This document shows positions 1 through 10,051 of a DNA stretch of 64,000 nucleotides, in pieces. How positions within the stretch are numbered: position 1 is the stretch's first letter; every line of letters starts with the position of its first letter. Source of the DNA: Acidimicrobiia bacterium (lineage in GTDB: Bacteria > Actinomycetota > Acidimicrobiia > Spongiisociales > ZC4RG35); NCBI GenBank assembly GCA_965203555.1, contig CBDBCY010000004.1, positions 3,008,001-3,072,000 of the forward strand, in the 5' to 3' direction. The translations under genes were made by a program, and so were the position numbers. The notes under the pieces are model-generated. The model was not told the DNA's origin and did no database searches. It was given only the letters and a program-made list of their open reading frames with translations.

Positions 1-122
1 GGCGAGATGTCTCCCACCGCCACCACCCTGAACAGCGACTGCAAGCGAGCGAGGTTGGGCAGGTGTTGGATCTGGGCGATGCTCCCCAGGCCGATGATTC
101 CCAGACGGATGGGTCGGTTCAC
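1..122 (-). CDS. Gfo/Idh/MocA family oxidoreductase, N-terminal part (runs off the window)
   Basis: Manual translation from GTG at 122 gives MNRPIRLGIIGLGSIAQIQHLPNLARLQSLFRVVAVGDIS (Rossmann GxGxxA). GAGGAGG RBS upstream. Paralogous to 143..1366. Confidence 0.8.
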   Translation of the reverse strand, partial: MNRPIRLGIIGLGSIAQIQHLPNLARLQSLFRVVAVGDIS

Positions 123-142
123 TTCATGCCTCCTCGATCACC

Positions 143-1366
143 TTAACGCTCTGCTCTGGCCGCAGTCCCGGACTCGCCACCGGTGATTACCCCATCCCGG
201 CGGGCCAGGGTGGCGAGCATCTGTTGGAGCCAGGCAAGATCGGCGGCGGCCCCGGCCGCGTCGGGTGGATGGTTTCCGGTGGTGATGGCGGCATGGAAGG
301 CCCGCAGTTCTCTTACGAAGGCGGACTCAGGGCCACCCTTCAAACGAACTGGTCTCTGCCGATGCCGGATGGTGAGATCGGCGGTCCGGTGACGCAGGTA
401 GGGTTGGGGAAAGGATAGTTCCACAGAACCCTTAGATCCGTGAACCTCCAGCGTCTCTTGGTAAGCGGGGTAGGAGGGAAGCCACAGCCAACTCAGCTCC
501 ACCCGGGTGTGATCGGCCAATTCTCCTCTGACGTGCAGGCTGGGAGGCTGGTCCGGAGACCGGGGGGGAGAGGTCGGCCACATTTCGGCATGGGTGATGC
601 GGGGGAGCTCTCCCCAAGCAGTTCTCAGGATGGAGACGGTGTGGATCACGGACCCGACCAGGAACTTGCGATACAGGCTGCCCCACTGATCAGGGAGGTC
701 TCCGATCGCTTCAGCGGTGCGTTCCAACTCGTAATCGGCGGCGGCGTCCAGGGTCGATTGGTCGACATCATCAAAGCGAAGCAGATCAAGGTGGGCGAAC
801 TGCGACTGGTGGCTGGGATGATAGACCGTGTGGCGGATCAGCCGATGCAGACCGATCAATTCCAATCCCGCCCCGAGGTCCGAGAAGACTTGTTCATACA
901 GCTTCATATAGCCGACCTGAAGGACCCGACCGGTCTGTCGGGCAAGGGTGGCAAGAAGGTTGGCACCGGCCACGGTGAGCGAGAGGGGCTTTTCCGAAAA
1001 AACGTGTTTTCCTGCCAGGAGGGCCTCTTCGGTCATTATCCGGTGGGCGCCGGGAGTAAGCAGGAGCACTGCTTCCACCTCCGGATGGGCGCAGATCTCT
1101 CGCCAGTCCGTCGAGGCGAAGACCGGTGCCGGAAGCCGCCCGGCGATGGTTGCAGTGAGTCTTGCCGAAAGATCGGCCACCGCCACCACCCGGAAAAGAT
1201 CATTCAGCAGTGCCAGGTTGAACAAATGCTGGGTCTGGGCAATGGCGCCCAGCCCTACCACCCCCACCGAAACGGGTTTCACGGGAGCGGCCTCGCCGGT
1301 CTCATCGCTCGGGTGGCGGGGAGTGGACGGAGCAGGTGCCGAGTTGACTGGTCCCGGCTCGGCCAC
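143..1366 (-). CDS. Gfo/Idh/MocA family NAD(P)-dependent oxidoreductase
   Basis: VGVVGLGAIA Rossmann motif, GKHVFSEKPL and LQVGYMK motifs. True start may be ~28 codons downstream. Confidence 0.88.
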   Translation of the reverse strand: MAEPGPVNSAPAPSTPRHPSDETGEAAPVKPVSVGVVGLGAIAQTQHLFNLALLNDLFRVVAVADLSARLTATIAGRLPAPVFASTDWREICAHPEVEAVLLLTPGAHRIMTEEALLAGKHVFSEKPLSLTVAGANLLATLARQTGRVLQVGYMKLYEQVFSDLGAGLELIGLHRLIRHTVYHPSHQSQFAHLDLLRFDDVDQSTLDAAADYELERTAEAIGDLPDQWGSLYRKFLVGSVIHTVSILRTAWGELPRITHAEMWPTSPPRSPDQPPSLHVRGELADHTRVELSWLWLPSYPAYQETLEVHGSKGSVELSFPQPYLRHRTADLTIRHRQRPVRLKGGPESAFVRELRAFHAAITTGNHPPDAAGAAADLAWLQQMLATLARRDGVITGGESGTAARAER

Positions 1367-1637
1367 ACAACCAAAACTTGCGAAATTCCCCCTTCGGGCC
1401 CACCCCCGCCGCCACCGCCGTTGGTCGGGCCTGCTTTCGCCCAGCCCTGGACCAAGGCTCGTTTCCGAACAGATATGATCCCTCGAGTTGGTCCGAACGG
1501 CGCCGGAACGGACCTTCCTGGTGTTTGGCTACCTACCAATATGAACCCTTTGTGTGACAAAGGCAAGCTTGGCGCACCACTCTTTTTCCCAGATGGTCGT
1601 CGAACCGGCAGAGGGGCCGGGCAGATACCGCCACCGG

Positions 1638-3605
1638 TCACCGGGCCAGTTCGGGACGGTCTCGGAAGTAGGCAAGGGATTCGGGATTGGCCAGGGCCTC
1701 GGTGTTCTCGACCTTGCCGCTGTTGACCACGGCGGTCACCGCCAGTTCGGTGATCTTTCCCGAGCGAGTGCGGGGAATGTCGGCCGTCTGCAGCACCAGG
1801 GCCGGGACATGTCGAGGCGAGCAGTTGCGGCGCAGGCGACCCTTGATCTCCGCAACCAAGTTCTCAGTTAACTCCCGGCCGTCCTCCAGGCGCACGAACA
1901 GCACCATCCGGGTGTCTCTCTCCCACTTCTGGGCCACGCAGATCGCCTCCACCACCCCGTCCACCTCCTCGGCTTGCCGGTAGATCTCCGCCGTTCCGAT
2001 TCGCACCCCAGCCACATTGAGGGTGGCGTCGGATCGCCCGTGGATCACCATCCCGCCGCGGGGGGTCCAGTTGGCGTAGTCGCCATGGGTCCATACCCCG
2101 GGAAACTTGTCGAAGTAGGCCGAGTGGAACTTAGATCCGTCCGGGTCGTTCCAAAAGTACAGGGGGATTGACGGGAATGGCTCCCGGCAGACCAGTTCTC
2201 CAGTGGGACCGTTCAGTGGCAGGCCATCGGGATCGTATACCTCCACCGCCATGCCCAGGGTTGCTCCCTGGATTTCACCGGTCCACACCGGCAGGGTGGG
2301 GTCGCCCCCCACGAAACATCCGCACAGATCGGTGCCGCCTGAGATGGAGGCAAGGTGCACGTCTTCTTTGACATCCTGGTACACCCACTCGAAGCCCTCG
2401 GGAGAAAGCGGGGATCCGGTGGAGCAGATGGTGCGCAGCGAAGCCAGGTTGTGTGAATGCCGCGGTCGGATGCCGGTCTGGCGGGCGGCGTCGATGAACT
2501 TGGCCGAGACTCCCAGCAGGGTGATCTGATCCTGGTCGATGAGGTCGAACAGGTGGTCGGGAGAGGGATGAAACGGATTGCCGTCGTAGAGGACGATGCT
2601 CGCCCCCGACGCCAGCGCCGTGACCAGCCAGTTCCACATCATCCATCCGCAGGTTGTGAAGTAAAACACCCGATCTCCGGTCCTGATGTCCAGTTGGGTC
2701 TGATGTTCCTGCATGAGTTTGAGCATCACCCCCGCCGCCCGGTGCACCATGCACTTGGGAGGTCCGGTGGTGCCCGAGGAATAAAGAATGAACAGGGGGT
2801 GGTCGAAGGGGAAGGTCTCGGTGGAAAGGTCGGCGTCCTCGCCGGCGGACAGGAAGTCGTCCCAGGAGATGGAGTCGGGAACGGAAGTGAGATCCGGGTC
2901 GGGATCGAGATTGGCGACCACCACCACCCGCCGGACCGAAGGAAGCGCTTGGCGGATCTCTCGGAGAGCCGCCAGCCGGTCGAAGGGTTTTCCGCTGTAG
3001 GGATAGCCGTCGGCGGCCAACAGCAGCACCGGGTCTATCTGGCCGAAGCGGTCCACGACCCCGGCCACCCCGAAGTCGGCCGAGGTGGAACTGAACATGG
3101 CGCCGATGCTGGCGGCGGCGATCATCAACACCACCGTCTCGGGTCGATTGGGCATCCAGGCCGCCACCCGGTCTCCGGGCTGCACCCCGTAGGCGCGCAG
3201 AGCCCCGGCGGCGGCTGCTACCTGGGACCGCAGTTGACTCCAGGTCAGGTCCCGGGTGTGGCCGTCCTCCCGCCGGTACAGGACCGCCGCCGAATCGGGG
3301 TCGACCCCTCGGCCATCCAGCAGGTTGCGGGCCACGTTGAGACGAGCCTCCGGAAAGAACCGGGCAGTGGTCATCGAATCGCCGGGCACGAACACCCGGT
3401 GGCCTTTGTCTCCAAGTACCCCGACCTGGTCCCAGATGGTGTCCCAGAACCGGGCGATGTTCTCCACGCTCCAACGCTGCAGATCCACTGAATCGGGGAG
3501 ATCGAGTCCGTAGCGCCGGTTGACTTCCCGGCGGAGGGAGGTCATCGCCGAGGCTTCAATTCCCTCTTCGGAAGGGGTCCACAAGGGTTGATCGTTCATA
3601 GGCAC
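1638..3605 (-). CDS. Acetoacetate--CoA ligase
   Basis: ILYSSGTTGPPKC AMP-binding motif, FTTCGWMMWNWL, SISGGTD, GRSDATLN..GVRIGTAEIY, PRTRSGKITELAV and EALANPESL, all typical of acetoacetyl-CoA synthetases. Confidence 0.93.
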   Translation of the reverse strand: MPMNDQPLWTPSEEGIEASAMTSLRREVNRRYGLDLPDSVDLQRWSVENIARFWDTIWDQVGVLGDKGHRVFVPGDSMTTARFFPEARLNVARNLLDGRGVDPDSAAVLYRREDGHTRDLTWSQLRSQVAAAAGALRAYGVQPGDRVAAWMPNRPETVVLMIAAASIGAMFSSTSADFGVAGVVDRFGQIDPVLLLAADGYPYSGKPFDRLAALREIRQALPSVRRVVVVANLDPDPDLTSVPDSISWDDFLSAGEDADLSTETFPFDHPLFILYSSGTTGPPKCMVHRAAGVMLKLMQEHQTQLDIRTGDRVFYFTTCGWMMWNWLVTALASGASIVLYDGNPFHPSPDHLFDLIDQDQITLLGVSAKFIDAARQTGIRPRHSHNLASLRTICSTGSPLSPEGFEWVYQDVKEDVHLASISGGTDLCGCFVGGDPTLPVWTGEIQGATLGMAVEVYDPDGLPLNGPTGELVCREPFPSIPLYFWNDPDGSKFHSAYFDKFPGVWTHGDYANWTPRGGMVIHGRSDATLNVAGVRIGTAEIYRQAEEVDGVVEAICVAQKWERDTRMVLFVRLEDGRELTENLVAEIKGRLRRNCSPRHVPALVLQTADIPRTRSGKITELAVTAVVNSGKVENTEALANPESLAYFRDRPELAR

Positions 3606-3644
3606 TAGAGGGTATCGCCGGCTTGGGCGAGTCGGAGTCTCGGA

Positions 3645-4493
3645 TCAGGACGACAACTTGGCTTCCACGCCCAGCCGGCCCTCCGGCGAGAAGGCGCCCA
3701 CAGTCCATATACCGTCCCCGGCCCGGGGATCGGGTCCCCCGCGCAGATGAAGGGTGTCGCCGCAAAAGAAAGGAGAACGTGCCCGGAAGGAGAAACTCGA
3801 GGTTCCGGTCACGCCGTTGCGCCGGGCGAGATCCGCCAGCAGCATGGCGGTCAGCGGACCCTGCATCACCAGTCCGGGATATCCCTCCTCGCCGGTCGCG
3901 TATGAATGGTCATAGTGGATACGGTGGGAATTGTTGGTGAGGGCCGAGAACCGGAACAGGAGTACCGGGTCGGTGGCAATTTCCCAAGCCCACGGTCGGG
4001 ACGGAGGGCCGGGTCTGCCGGGAGGCTCTTTAGGCATAGAAGGCGGGGAATCGGTGTAGATCAGGTTCTGGGTTTCGGTGAGCGCCGGTCCCTTCTCTCC
4101 CCAGATCCGGTACTCGACCGTTACCAGCACCAAGAGGCCGCTTCTGCCCTCTTTGCGAACGACACTCTTCACAGTTGCTTGCTGCCGGGCGTCTTCTCCC
4201 ACCAGCAAGGGACGATGGAACACGGTGGTCCCCCCGGCGAACATCCTTCTTTGCTGCGGCACAGGGGGAAGGAATCCTCCTCGAAGAGGATGCCCGTCCG
4301 GTCCGGTCTCCGATCGCCGGGCGGCAGGCAGGAAGTAGAGCCAGTGCCACATGGGCGGCAGGGGGTCTCCCTCTTCCGCAGCCGGGGCCGACTGATCGAA
4401 CAGAGCCGACAGAGCGGCAACCGGCCAGGGGTCGATACGCTGGCGGTTACTCTCGGTGTTTCCCACCCAGTCCGTCAACTTCGCAGAGTTCAT
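3645..4493 (-). CDS. Double hot-dog acyl-CoA hydratase (mesaconyl-C4-CoA/itaconyl-CoA hydratase-like)
   Basis: LPPMWHWLYF, DGHPLRGGFLPP, RRMFAGG and LFRFSALTNNSHRIHYD..Y...EGYPGLVMQGPL family motifs. Confidence 0.82.
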   Translation of the reverse strand: MNSAKLTDWVGNTESNRQRIDPWPVAALSALFDQSAPAAEEGDPLPPMWHWLYFLPAARRSETGPDGHPLRGGFLPPVPQQRRMFAGGTTVFHRPLLVGEDARQQATVKSVVRKEGRSGLLVLVTVEYRIWGEKGPALTETQNLIYTDSPPSMPKEPPGRPGPPSRPWAWEIATDPVLLFRFSALTNNSHRIHYDHSYATGEEGYPGLVMQGPLTAMLLADLARRNGVTGTSSFSFRARSPFFCGDTLHLRGGPDPRAGDGIWTVGAFSPEGRLGVEAKLSS

Positions 4494-5305
4494 GTAGGGG
4501 TTCTTGGTCGGCGGGCTTGCAGTTGCAGTCGAACGAAGGGTACGACATGGCGGTCGGTTCCCGTTTTGGTTAGGTCCGCCACCTGCTCTCCCACGGTGGC
4601 GACCAGGGCCTCGAAGAGCTCGGGAGGCAGGAGGGGCCGGTAGCCGGTGAGGGTCTGGGTGCGGAGCCAGCCGATGAGCCGGGTATGGGTGAAAGGACGA
4701 GGCTGGATCTCGATCCGCAGTTCTTCGGCGTCGCCGAAGGGTGAGCGGGCCACGATCTCCCGGTAGCGGCCCAGGGACGGCCAGGGGTGGTGAGGGAGAC
4801 GCCTTTGGACATACTGGTCAAAGGGTGACCGAACCGCTGCCGAGAAGATGATCTTTCGGATATCGGCGATGTTCTCCCTGGCGGCGAAACTGGCGATCAG
4901 CCTCCCGCCGGGTGTCAGGGCGCGGAAGACCCTCTCCAGCGCCAAGGGGTGTCCGTCAATCGGTATCCAGTGCAGGCAGGCGATGGAGACCGCCGCTGCG
5001 AAGCGCTCTTCCCACCGCAGATCCTGGACCCGGCACACCTGGAAGCGGACCCGGGGGTGACCGCGCCGGCGGGCCTGTTCGATCTGGCTGGGTGAAGCGT
5101 CTACTCCGACCATCTCTGCTCGGGGATAGTGGTCGGCCAGGGTCACGGTCAGATCCCCGGCGCCGCACCCCACATCCAGAAGGGCGTCGCCGGATCCCAG
5201 GTCGAGGTCCCAAAGCGCCGGCGGATCGAACGCCCGGTGATGAGCAGTGTTCTCCCGGTACTCGGCGCCGCTCCAAGAGTCGGGGATTAGGTCTTGTTCA
5301 TTCAT
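4490..5305 (-). CDS. Class I SAM-dependent methyltransferase (trans-aconitate methyltransferase-like)
   Basis: LLDVGCGAG motif I, VGVDASPSQI, ACLHW, LTPGGRL. Start chosen at ATG 5305; 4-bp overlap with the next gene. Confidence 0.82.
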   Translation of the reverse strand: MNEQDLIPDSWSGAEYRENTAHHRAFDPPALWDLDLGSGDALLDVGCGAGDLTVTLADHYPRAEMVGVDASPSQIEQARRRGHPRVRFQVCRVQDLRWEERFAAAVSIACLHWIPIDGHPLALERVFRALTPGGRLIASFAARENIADIRKIIFSAAVRSPFDQYVQRRLPHHPWPSLGRYREIVARSPFGDAEELRIEIQPRPFTHTRLIGWLRTQTLTGYRPLLPPELFEALVATVGEQVADLTKTGTDRHVVPFVRLQLQARRPRTPT

Positions 5306-5454
5306 GTACTCCGTCCAATAAGATACATATCCTTCCTGCGCAGGTGGGATGGTTTGGTGTCCGGCTCGCTTCCCGGTCAACTCTCACAATGAAGCCGGTG
5401 CAGTTGTTTATGATCAGACGAACACGACGTGCCGCACTCAGACGAGGCATAAGC

Positions 5455-5760
5455 ATGACCACCGTGAACACCAAAGAGGAAACGCTGGCGTTGTTGCGAG
5501 CGCACAAGGCAACCCTGGCGGGGCGTTTCGATGTTGCTTCCATGGCTTTGTTCGGATCCATTGCCCGAGGCGAAGCGTTGCCGGACAGCGATGTGGACAT
5601 TCTCGTTTCATTTGGTGGCCCCCGCAGTCCCGGGTTGAGCTTTTTCGATTTGCAGTTCTATCTGGAGGACTTGCTGGGCCGGTCTGTCGACCTGGTCACC
5701 GACAAAGCTCTGCGTGCAGAACTGCGGCCTTACGTCGAGGCAGAGGCCGTCTCTGTCTGA
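5455..5760 (+). CDS. MntA-type minimal nucleotidyltransferase antitoxin
   Basis: 101 aa with LFGSIARGE..PDSDVDILV and LEDLLGRSVDLVT (GSx10DxD MNT motif). GAGG RBS. Confidence 0.88.
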   Translation: MTTVNTKEETLALLRAHKATLAGRFDVASMALFGSIARGEALPDSDVDILVSFGGPRSPGLSFFDLQFYLEDLLGRSVDLVTDKALRAELRPYVEAEAVSV

Positions 5761-6112
5761 CAAAGGTCGGCCTCGGCGCCAGTGGCGCATGTACGTGGGA
5801 GACATGATTGAATTCGCCCAGAATGTGCTGGATTTCACTGCCGGACTCGATCAACGCACGTTTGTTGCCGAGCAACGCACTTATTACGCGACATTGCACA
5901 ATCTGGCATAAATAGGCGAAGCGGCGACGAACATACCTGTTCATGTCAAAATGGAGCACGCTGAAATCCCGTGGCGTTCGATCATAGCTATGCGCAATCG
6001 GAACATTCATGCCTACTTGGGGTTGGACAACGATATCGTTTGGGTCGTAATCCAAGACGACCTCCCCGCACTGCTGCCGCAGTTGCATACCTTGATGAAA
6101 GCCGCTGACTGA
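5753..6112 (+). pseudogene. HepT/DUF86 HEPN ribonuclease toxin, interrupted by an in-frame TAA at 5909-5911
   Basis: Read through the stop it gives ...YATLHNLA*IGEAATNIP...EIPWRSIIAMRNRNIHAYLGLDNDIVW...KAAD*. DUF86 motifs (IGEA, IPW, RN..IHAY) lie on both sides of the stop. Confidence 0.85.
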
Positions 6113-6214
6113 ATCCGTCGACAACCAGAACGGTTTTTCTTCTCCCCAAGGCCTGTGGACCTCTCGGTTTGGCGGCCAGCAGCCCTCTCCCCCGTTCCCA
6201 GCGGAGGAAGTCGT

Positions 6215-7631
6215 TTACCAGGTGAAAGGGCGGTCCACTCCGGCCAGCTTTGACGCCGGTGAGAGCCGAGGAGTCGAGCGACAGGGCCCGCAGGTCCTCC
6301 ATCTCCAGGTTGTGAACGCTTGACTTCCCGCATGCCTTGGCCAGCATGGTGATCTCCATGGTCATGGCGGTCAGATAACGGGCCACCCGGTCGGCGGCGG
6401 CGTCCACATGCAGGCGGGTCTCCAGGAAGGGGTCCTGGGTGGTGATTCCCACCGGGCAACGGCCGGTGTGGCAATGGTGACACTTTCCCGGCGAGGTGCC
6501 GATCTTCTGGTAGTCCTCCAGATAACGGGGCGAGTTGCATCCCAGCGCCATCAGGGCGGCCGTGCCGATCATCACCGCATCGGCGCCCAGCGCCAGCGCC
6601 TTGGCGGCGTCCGTGCCGTTGCGGATCCCCCCGGCAGCCACCAGCTTCACCTCCCCGGACATGCCGCTTTCCTCCAAGGCCTCGCGGGCGGCGGGGATGG
6701 CGGTCATGGTGGGGATGCCGGTGTGGTCCAGCAGCAGTTCCGGTGAGGCGCCCGTGCCTCCCTCGGCGCCGTCCAGCACGATCACATCGGCCACCTTGGC
6801 GGCCATGGCCACGTCGAACCGGGGGCGGGTGGCGCCCAGCTTCACGAAGATGGGGATCCGGTAGTCGGTGGCCTCGCGCAATTCTTCGATCTTGATCAGC
6901 AGGTCGTCGGCGCCCAGGAAGTCGGGATGGCGCACGGTGGACCGCTGGTCGACCCCGATCGGCAGCGAACGCATGCGCGCCACCCGGTCGGAGATCTTCA
7001 TGCCCAACAGCAACCCGCCGGTGCCCGGCTTGGCGCCCTGGCCGATCACGATCTCGATCCCGTCGGCCTGCCGCAGGTGATCCAGGTCCAAACCGTAGCG
7101 GGACGGAGTCATCTGGTAGACCATGGTCTTGGACGCCTCCCGCTCCTCGGGGAGCATGCCCCCCTCGCCGCTGCAGGTCATGGTGCCCACCTTGGAGGCC
7201 CCCCGTCCCAGGGCAGCCTTGGCGGAAGCCGAAAGAGCCCCGAAGGACATGGATGCGATGTAGATGGGGATGTCCAGTTCGATCGGCTTGGAGACCAGAC
7301 CCGGCCGGTCGCCCAGCACGGTCTTGGTCTCGCAACTCTCCCGGTAGCCCTCCAGTGGAAGCCGGGTGGCGGTGGCGGGGACGAACACCAGGTCGTTCCA
7401 GTTGGCCATTCTGCGGTTGGCGGTGGTGAAGCCCCTGATCTGGTAGCGGCCCAGCCTGGACATGGCGTGGATGTCGGCGATGTCCTTGGGTGTCCACCGG
7501 ATGCTTTCCCCGTGGTCGTAGGAGGTGGGGATGCCCGCCGGTCGACCGGCGATAGCGCCGTCTCGCAGCGCCACCAGGTCTTCGTGGGAAAGTCCGTTCG
7601 GAGAGTCGTTGTTGCTCAGATCATCAGCCAT
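6215..7631 (-). CDS. mgsC: FMN-binding glutamate synthase family protein, probable N-methylglutamate synthase subunit C; apparent +1 frameshift at 6249-6251
   Basis: MSFGALS, GEGG, GQGAKPGTGG, DGAEGGTGA, CHHCHTGRCPVGITTQD. Removing one A gives the end GVKLAGVDRPFTW* at 6215; as sequenced the ORF runs on to 5988. Confidence 0.8.
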
Positions 7632-8308
7632 GCGGAGGAATCCCTACTTTCGAAATACCACAGCCGCTGTCCCGACACGACCTTCTTCCAGTCCCGCGTG
7701 GAGTCGGCCAGACCCAGCCCGTCCAGCAGTTCCTCCACTTCTGCCACCTCCTCGGCGGGTGGCTCCACCGGGTGGCTGTCCACCCCCAGCGACTTGATTT
7801 CTCCCGCCACCCACACCGCGCCCTCCCAAAGGGAATCGCCCGTGGCGTCCCCGGCGTCTCCCAGGGTGATGATCCGGCCGGTGTGCGCCATGAAACCGCT
7901 GAGATAGCCGATATTGCCCTCCACCACGATGTCCCCACCTTTTTGCGCCACCCCGCAGCGCGGTCCGGCGCTGCCCTTGATGTGGATCAGACCGCCCCGC
8001 ATCGAGGCGCCCGCGCTCATCCCCGCGTAGCCGTCGATGGTGATCTCTCCCCTGGCCATCGCCTCCCCAACTCCCCATCCGCAATCTCCCTCCACGTGGA
8101 TAACTCCGCCGCTGTTGAGGCCGCCGCAGTAGTAGCCGACGTTGCCGAGGATGCGCACCGGGGTGTCCTCGGTGAGCGCCACGGCCAGGTTGTGCCGGGA
8201 AAGGGGATCGGTGACCACGATCTCCGAGGCGGTGGACGCCAGGGCCCGGATGTCGCGATTGATGTCCCGGAGAGGGCGGTCCCCGGCTTCAACCGTGACG
8301 ACGCTCAT
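7616..8308 (-). CDS. mgsB: GXGXG-repeat (GltB/FwdC-like) protein, probable N-methylglutamate synthase subunit B
   Basis: Repeated G..G..G..M.GG.I.V.G beta-helix motifs. ATG 8308 overlaps the upstream stop. Lies between the GATase and FMN subunits. Confidence 0.8.
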   Translation of the reverse strand: MSVVTVEAGDRPLRDINRDIRALASTASEIVVTDPLSRHNLAVALTEDTPVRILGNVGYYCGGLNSGGVIHVEGDCGWGVGEAMARGEITIDGYAGMSAGASMRGGLIHIKGSAGPRCGVAQKGGDIVVEGNIGYLSGFMAHTGRIITLGDAGDATGDSLWEGAVWVAGEIKSLGVDSHPVEPPAEEVAEVEELLDGLGLADSTRDWKKVVSGQRLWYFESRDSSAWLMI

Positions 8309-9252
8309 GCGGCGATGGCCTCGGCCGGCCGGCATGCCCAAGTCGTGTATTCGGCGGGCCCGTCGTAATTGATGACCGGATGATGCCGCCGGTAGACCTT
8401 GCGGACCGCCTGCTCCTCGGTGGCCGTGGCCATGTTCCCGTTCTCGGAGATCTCGGCCAGCGGCTTGATCGCCCACCTGTCCTTGGCCATCCCCATCTCG
8501 TAGGGGGTGGTGGCCAGGTACGTGAACACTCCGTCCATCTCGGTGAGAGACAGCTTGAGGGCGTCCTCCAGGGTGAGTCCGCGGCTCATCTGATCGGAGA
8601 TCCACACCGCGATCATCTCCGAATCGTTGTCGGTGTAGAACCGGTATCCCTGCCGGGTTAGTCGGTAACGGGTCAGCCAGTAGTTGGTCAACTGGCCATT
8701 GTGGACTATGGCGATGTCAGGGAAGGGGCGCGCCCAGAAGGGGTGGGAAGCGGTGGGGTACACCTTGGATTCGGTGGCCATGCGGGCGTTGGCAATCCCG
8801 TGGGTTCCGATGAAGCTCCCCAAGTTGTGTTTTTCCATCACGGTTTCGGCGTTGCCCACGTCCTTGATGATCTCAAGGGTCTTTCCCACCGACTGGATCT
8901 CGAATCCACCGATGGCGTCGGCCTCTTCCAACCATTCCGCAAACTCGGAGGTGGGCTCGGCCATGGTCATCCTCACCGAGACATGCCGCTGCTTCAACCC
9001 GTCCCAGGTCGGGTCGGAGAGGAAATCGGATCCGTGGTCTTTCAGAATCGAATGGAACGTCTCGAGATCCTGGTCGAGTCGGCGCCGGTTCATGCTCACC
9101 ACCCGCACCACGAAACCCTCCGGTAGGGTGGGGCCGTACATCGCAAACCCGGTGGAGTCGCTTCCCCGATGGGCCATCGCCTGCATCATGGCCACCAGGT
9201 CGGCCCCGACCGGGCCCGGTTCACGGAGGATTCTTCCTGCTATTCCGCACAT
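8305..9252 (-). CDS. mgsA: Class II glutamine amidotransferase, probable N-methylglutamate synthase subunit A
   Basis: N-terminal MCGIAG, HRGSDSTG, RMATES, HPF, VHNGQLTNY, NDSE. Operon order matches mgsABC. Confidence 0.82.
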   Translation of the reverse strand: MCGIAGRILREPGPVGADLVAMMQAMAHRGSDSTGFAMYGPTLPEGFVVRVVSMNRRRLDQDLETFHSILKDHGSDFLSDPTWDGLKQRHVSVRMTMAEPTSEFAEWLEEADAIGGFEIQSVGKTLEIIKDVGNAETVMEKHNLGSFIGTHGIANARMATESKVYPTASHPFWARPFPDIAIVHNGQLTNYWLTRYRLTRQGYRFYTDNDSEMIAVWISDQMSRGLTLEDALKLSLTEMDGVFTYLATTPYEMGMAKDRWAIKPLAEISENGNMATATEEQAVRKVYRRHHPVINYDGPAEYTTWACRPAEAIAA

Positions 9253-9316
9253 TGGTCGGGCTCCTTAGATTCTGGTTGATTCGGTTGAAATCCCATTTGA
9301 ACTTCCAATGCCAATT

Positions 9317-9865
9317 TTACCCATGGCAGATATCGGTCAGTTGCAGCAGTAACTGCAGTTGCGCATCGGCCTCGTCCTGGCGGATCGGCACCGTGTAGGG
9401 AGGCATGGGCGGGATGAAGATGGCGGTTATGGTGCCCGGCAGCGGGACGATCTCCACCCGCTGCCCGTTGGGGCCGACCAGCAGGCGGACGTGTTTCAGT
9501 TCTCCCTTGGGAATCAGGCTCCGCACCCGAGAGTCGCGGTTGGCCCGGCCGGCGACGGCCTGGGCGAATCCCTCCTGCGAGCGGGTGGCGAAACGGTCGT
9601 GTTTGAAGTGGTAGGAGATCCGCTCCGGCTTCAGGCCCGGGTCTCCCCGCACGGTCACCCAGAGGGTGTCCAGCAGCGCTCCGAAGATGCGGACCCGTCC
9701 GGTGAAGCCCACCGCCATGCGTACGTCGTCGTCCAACCGGGCTCTGACCTGGCGGTGCCCCTCGGCCACATCGTAGTCGATGCCGAACTTCTCCAACGCC
9801 GCCCGGGGCTCTTCCAGAATGCGCCTCCGGCGGGTCTCGTAAAGCCCCGACATGCGCCGGCGCAT
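9317..9865 (-). CDS. Hypothetical protein between the APC permease and mgsA
   Basis: GC-rich coding-like ORF in the same orientation as its neighbours. Start uncertain (9853, 9865 or 9904). No motif recognised with confidence. Confidence 0.6.
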   Translation of the reverse strand: MRRRMSGLYETRRRRILEEPRAALEKFGIDYDVAEGHRQVRARLDDDVRMAVGFTGRVRIFGALLDTLWVTVRGDPGLKPERISYHFKHDRFATRSQEGFAQAVAGRANRDSRVRSLIPKGELKHVRLLVGPNGQRVEIVPLPGTITAIFIPPMPPYTVPIRQDEADAQLQLLLQLTDICHG

Positions 9866-10051
9866 GTTGAATACAGAAGGCTGCTTAGGCCGGGAATCAC
9901 TCACATCGAAACCATTCGATTCGCAATTCAATTGTACCGGTGGAGCCCGACGGGGACTCATCCTGCCAGGAAAGCGAGAAGGCCCACGCACCGGGCGTGA
10001 GCCTTCTCTCAGAAAGGGTAGAAACGAAAGTCAGTTGCCGTGCAACTCCTT

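Noticed and set aside
5909-5911. Programmed stop-codon readthrough or recoding in hepT
   Set aside because: TAA is used as a normal stop elsewhere in the window and is not a Sec/Pyl codon. A nonsense mutation is simpler.
6215-9252. Canonical glutamate synthase gltBD
   Set aside because: Three separate small subunits in GATase-GXGXG-FMN order, with no central domain and no gltD.
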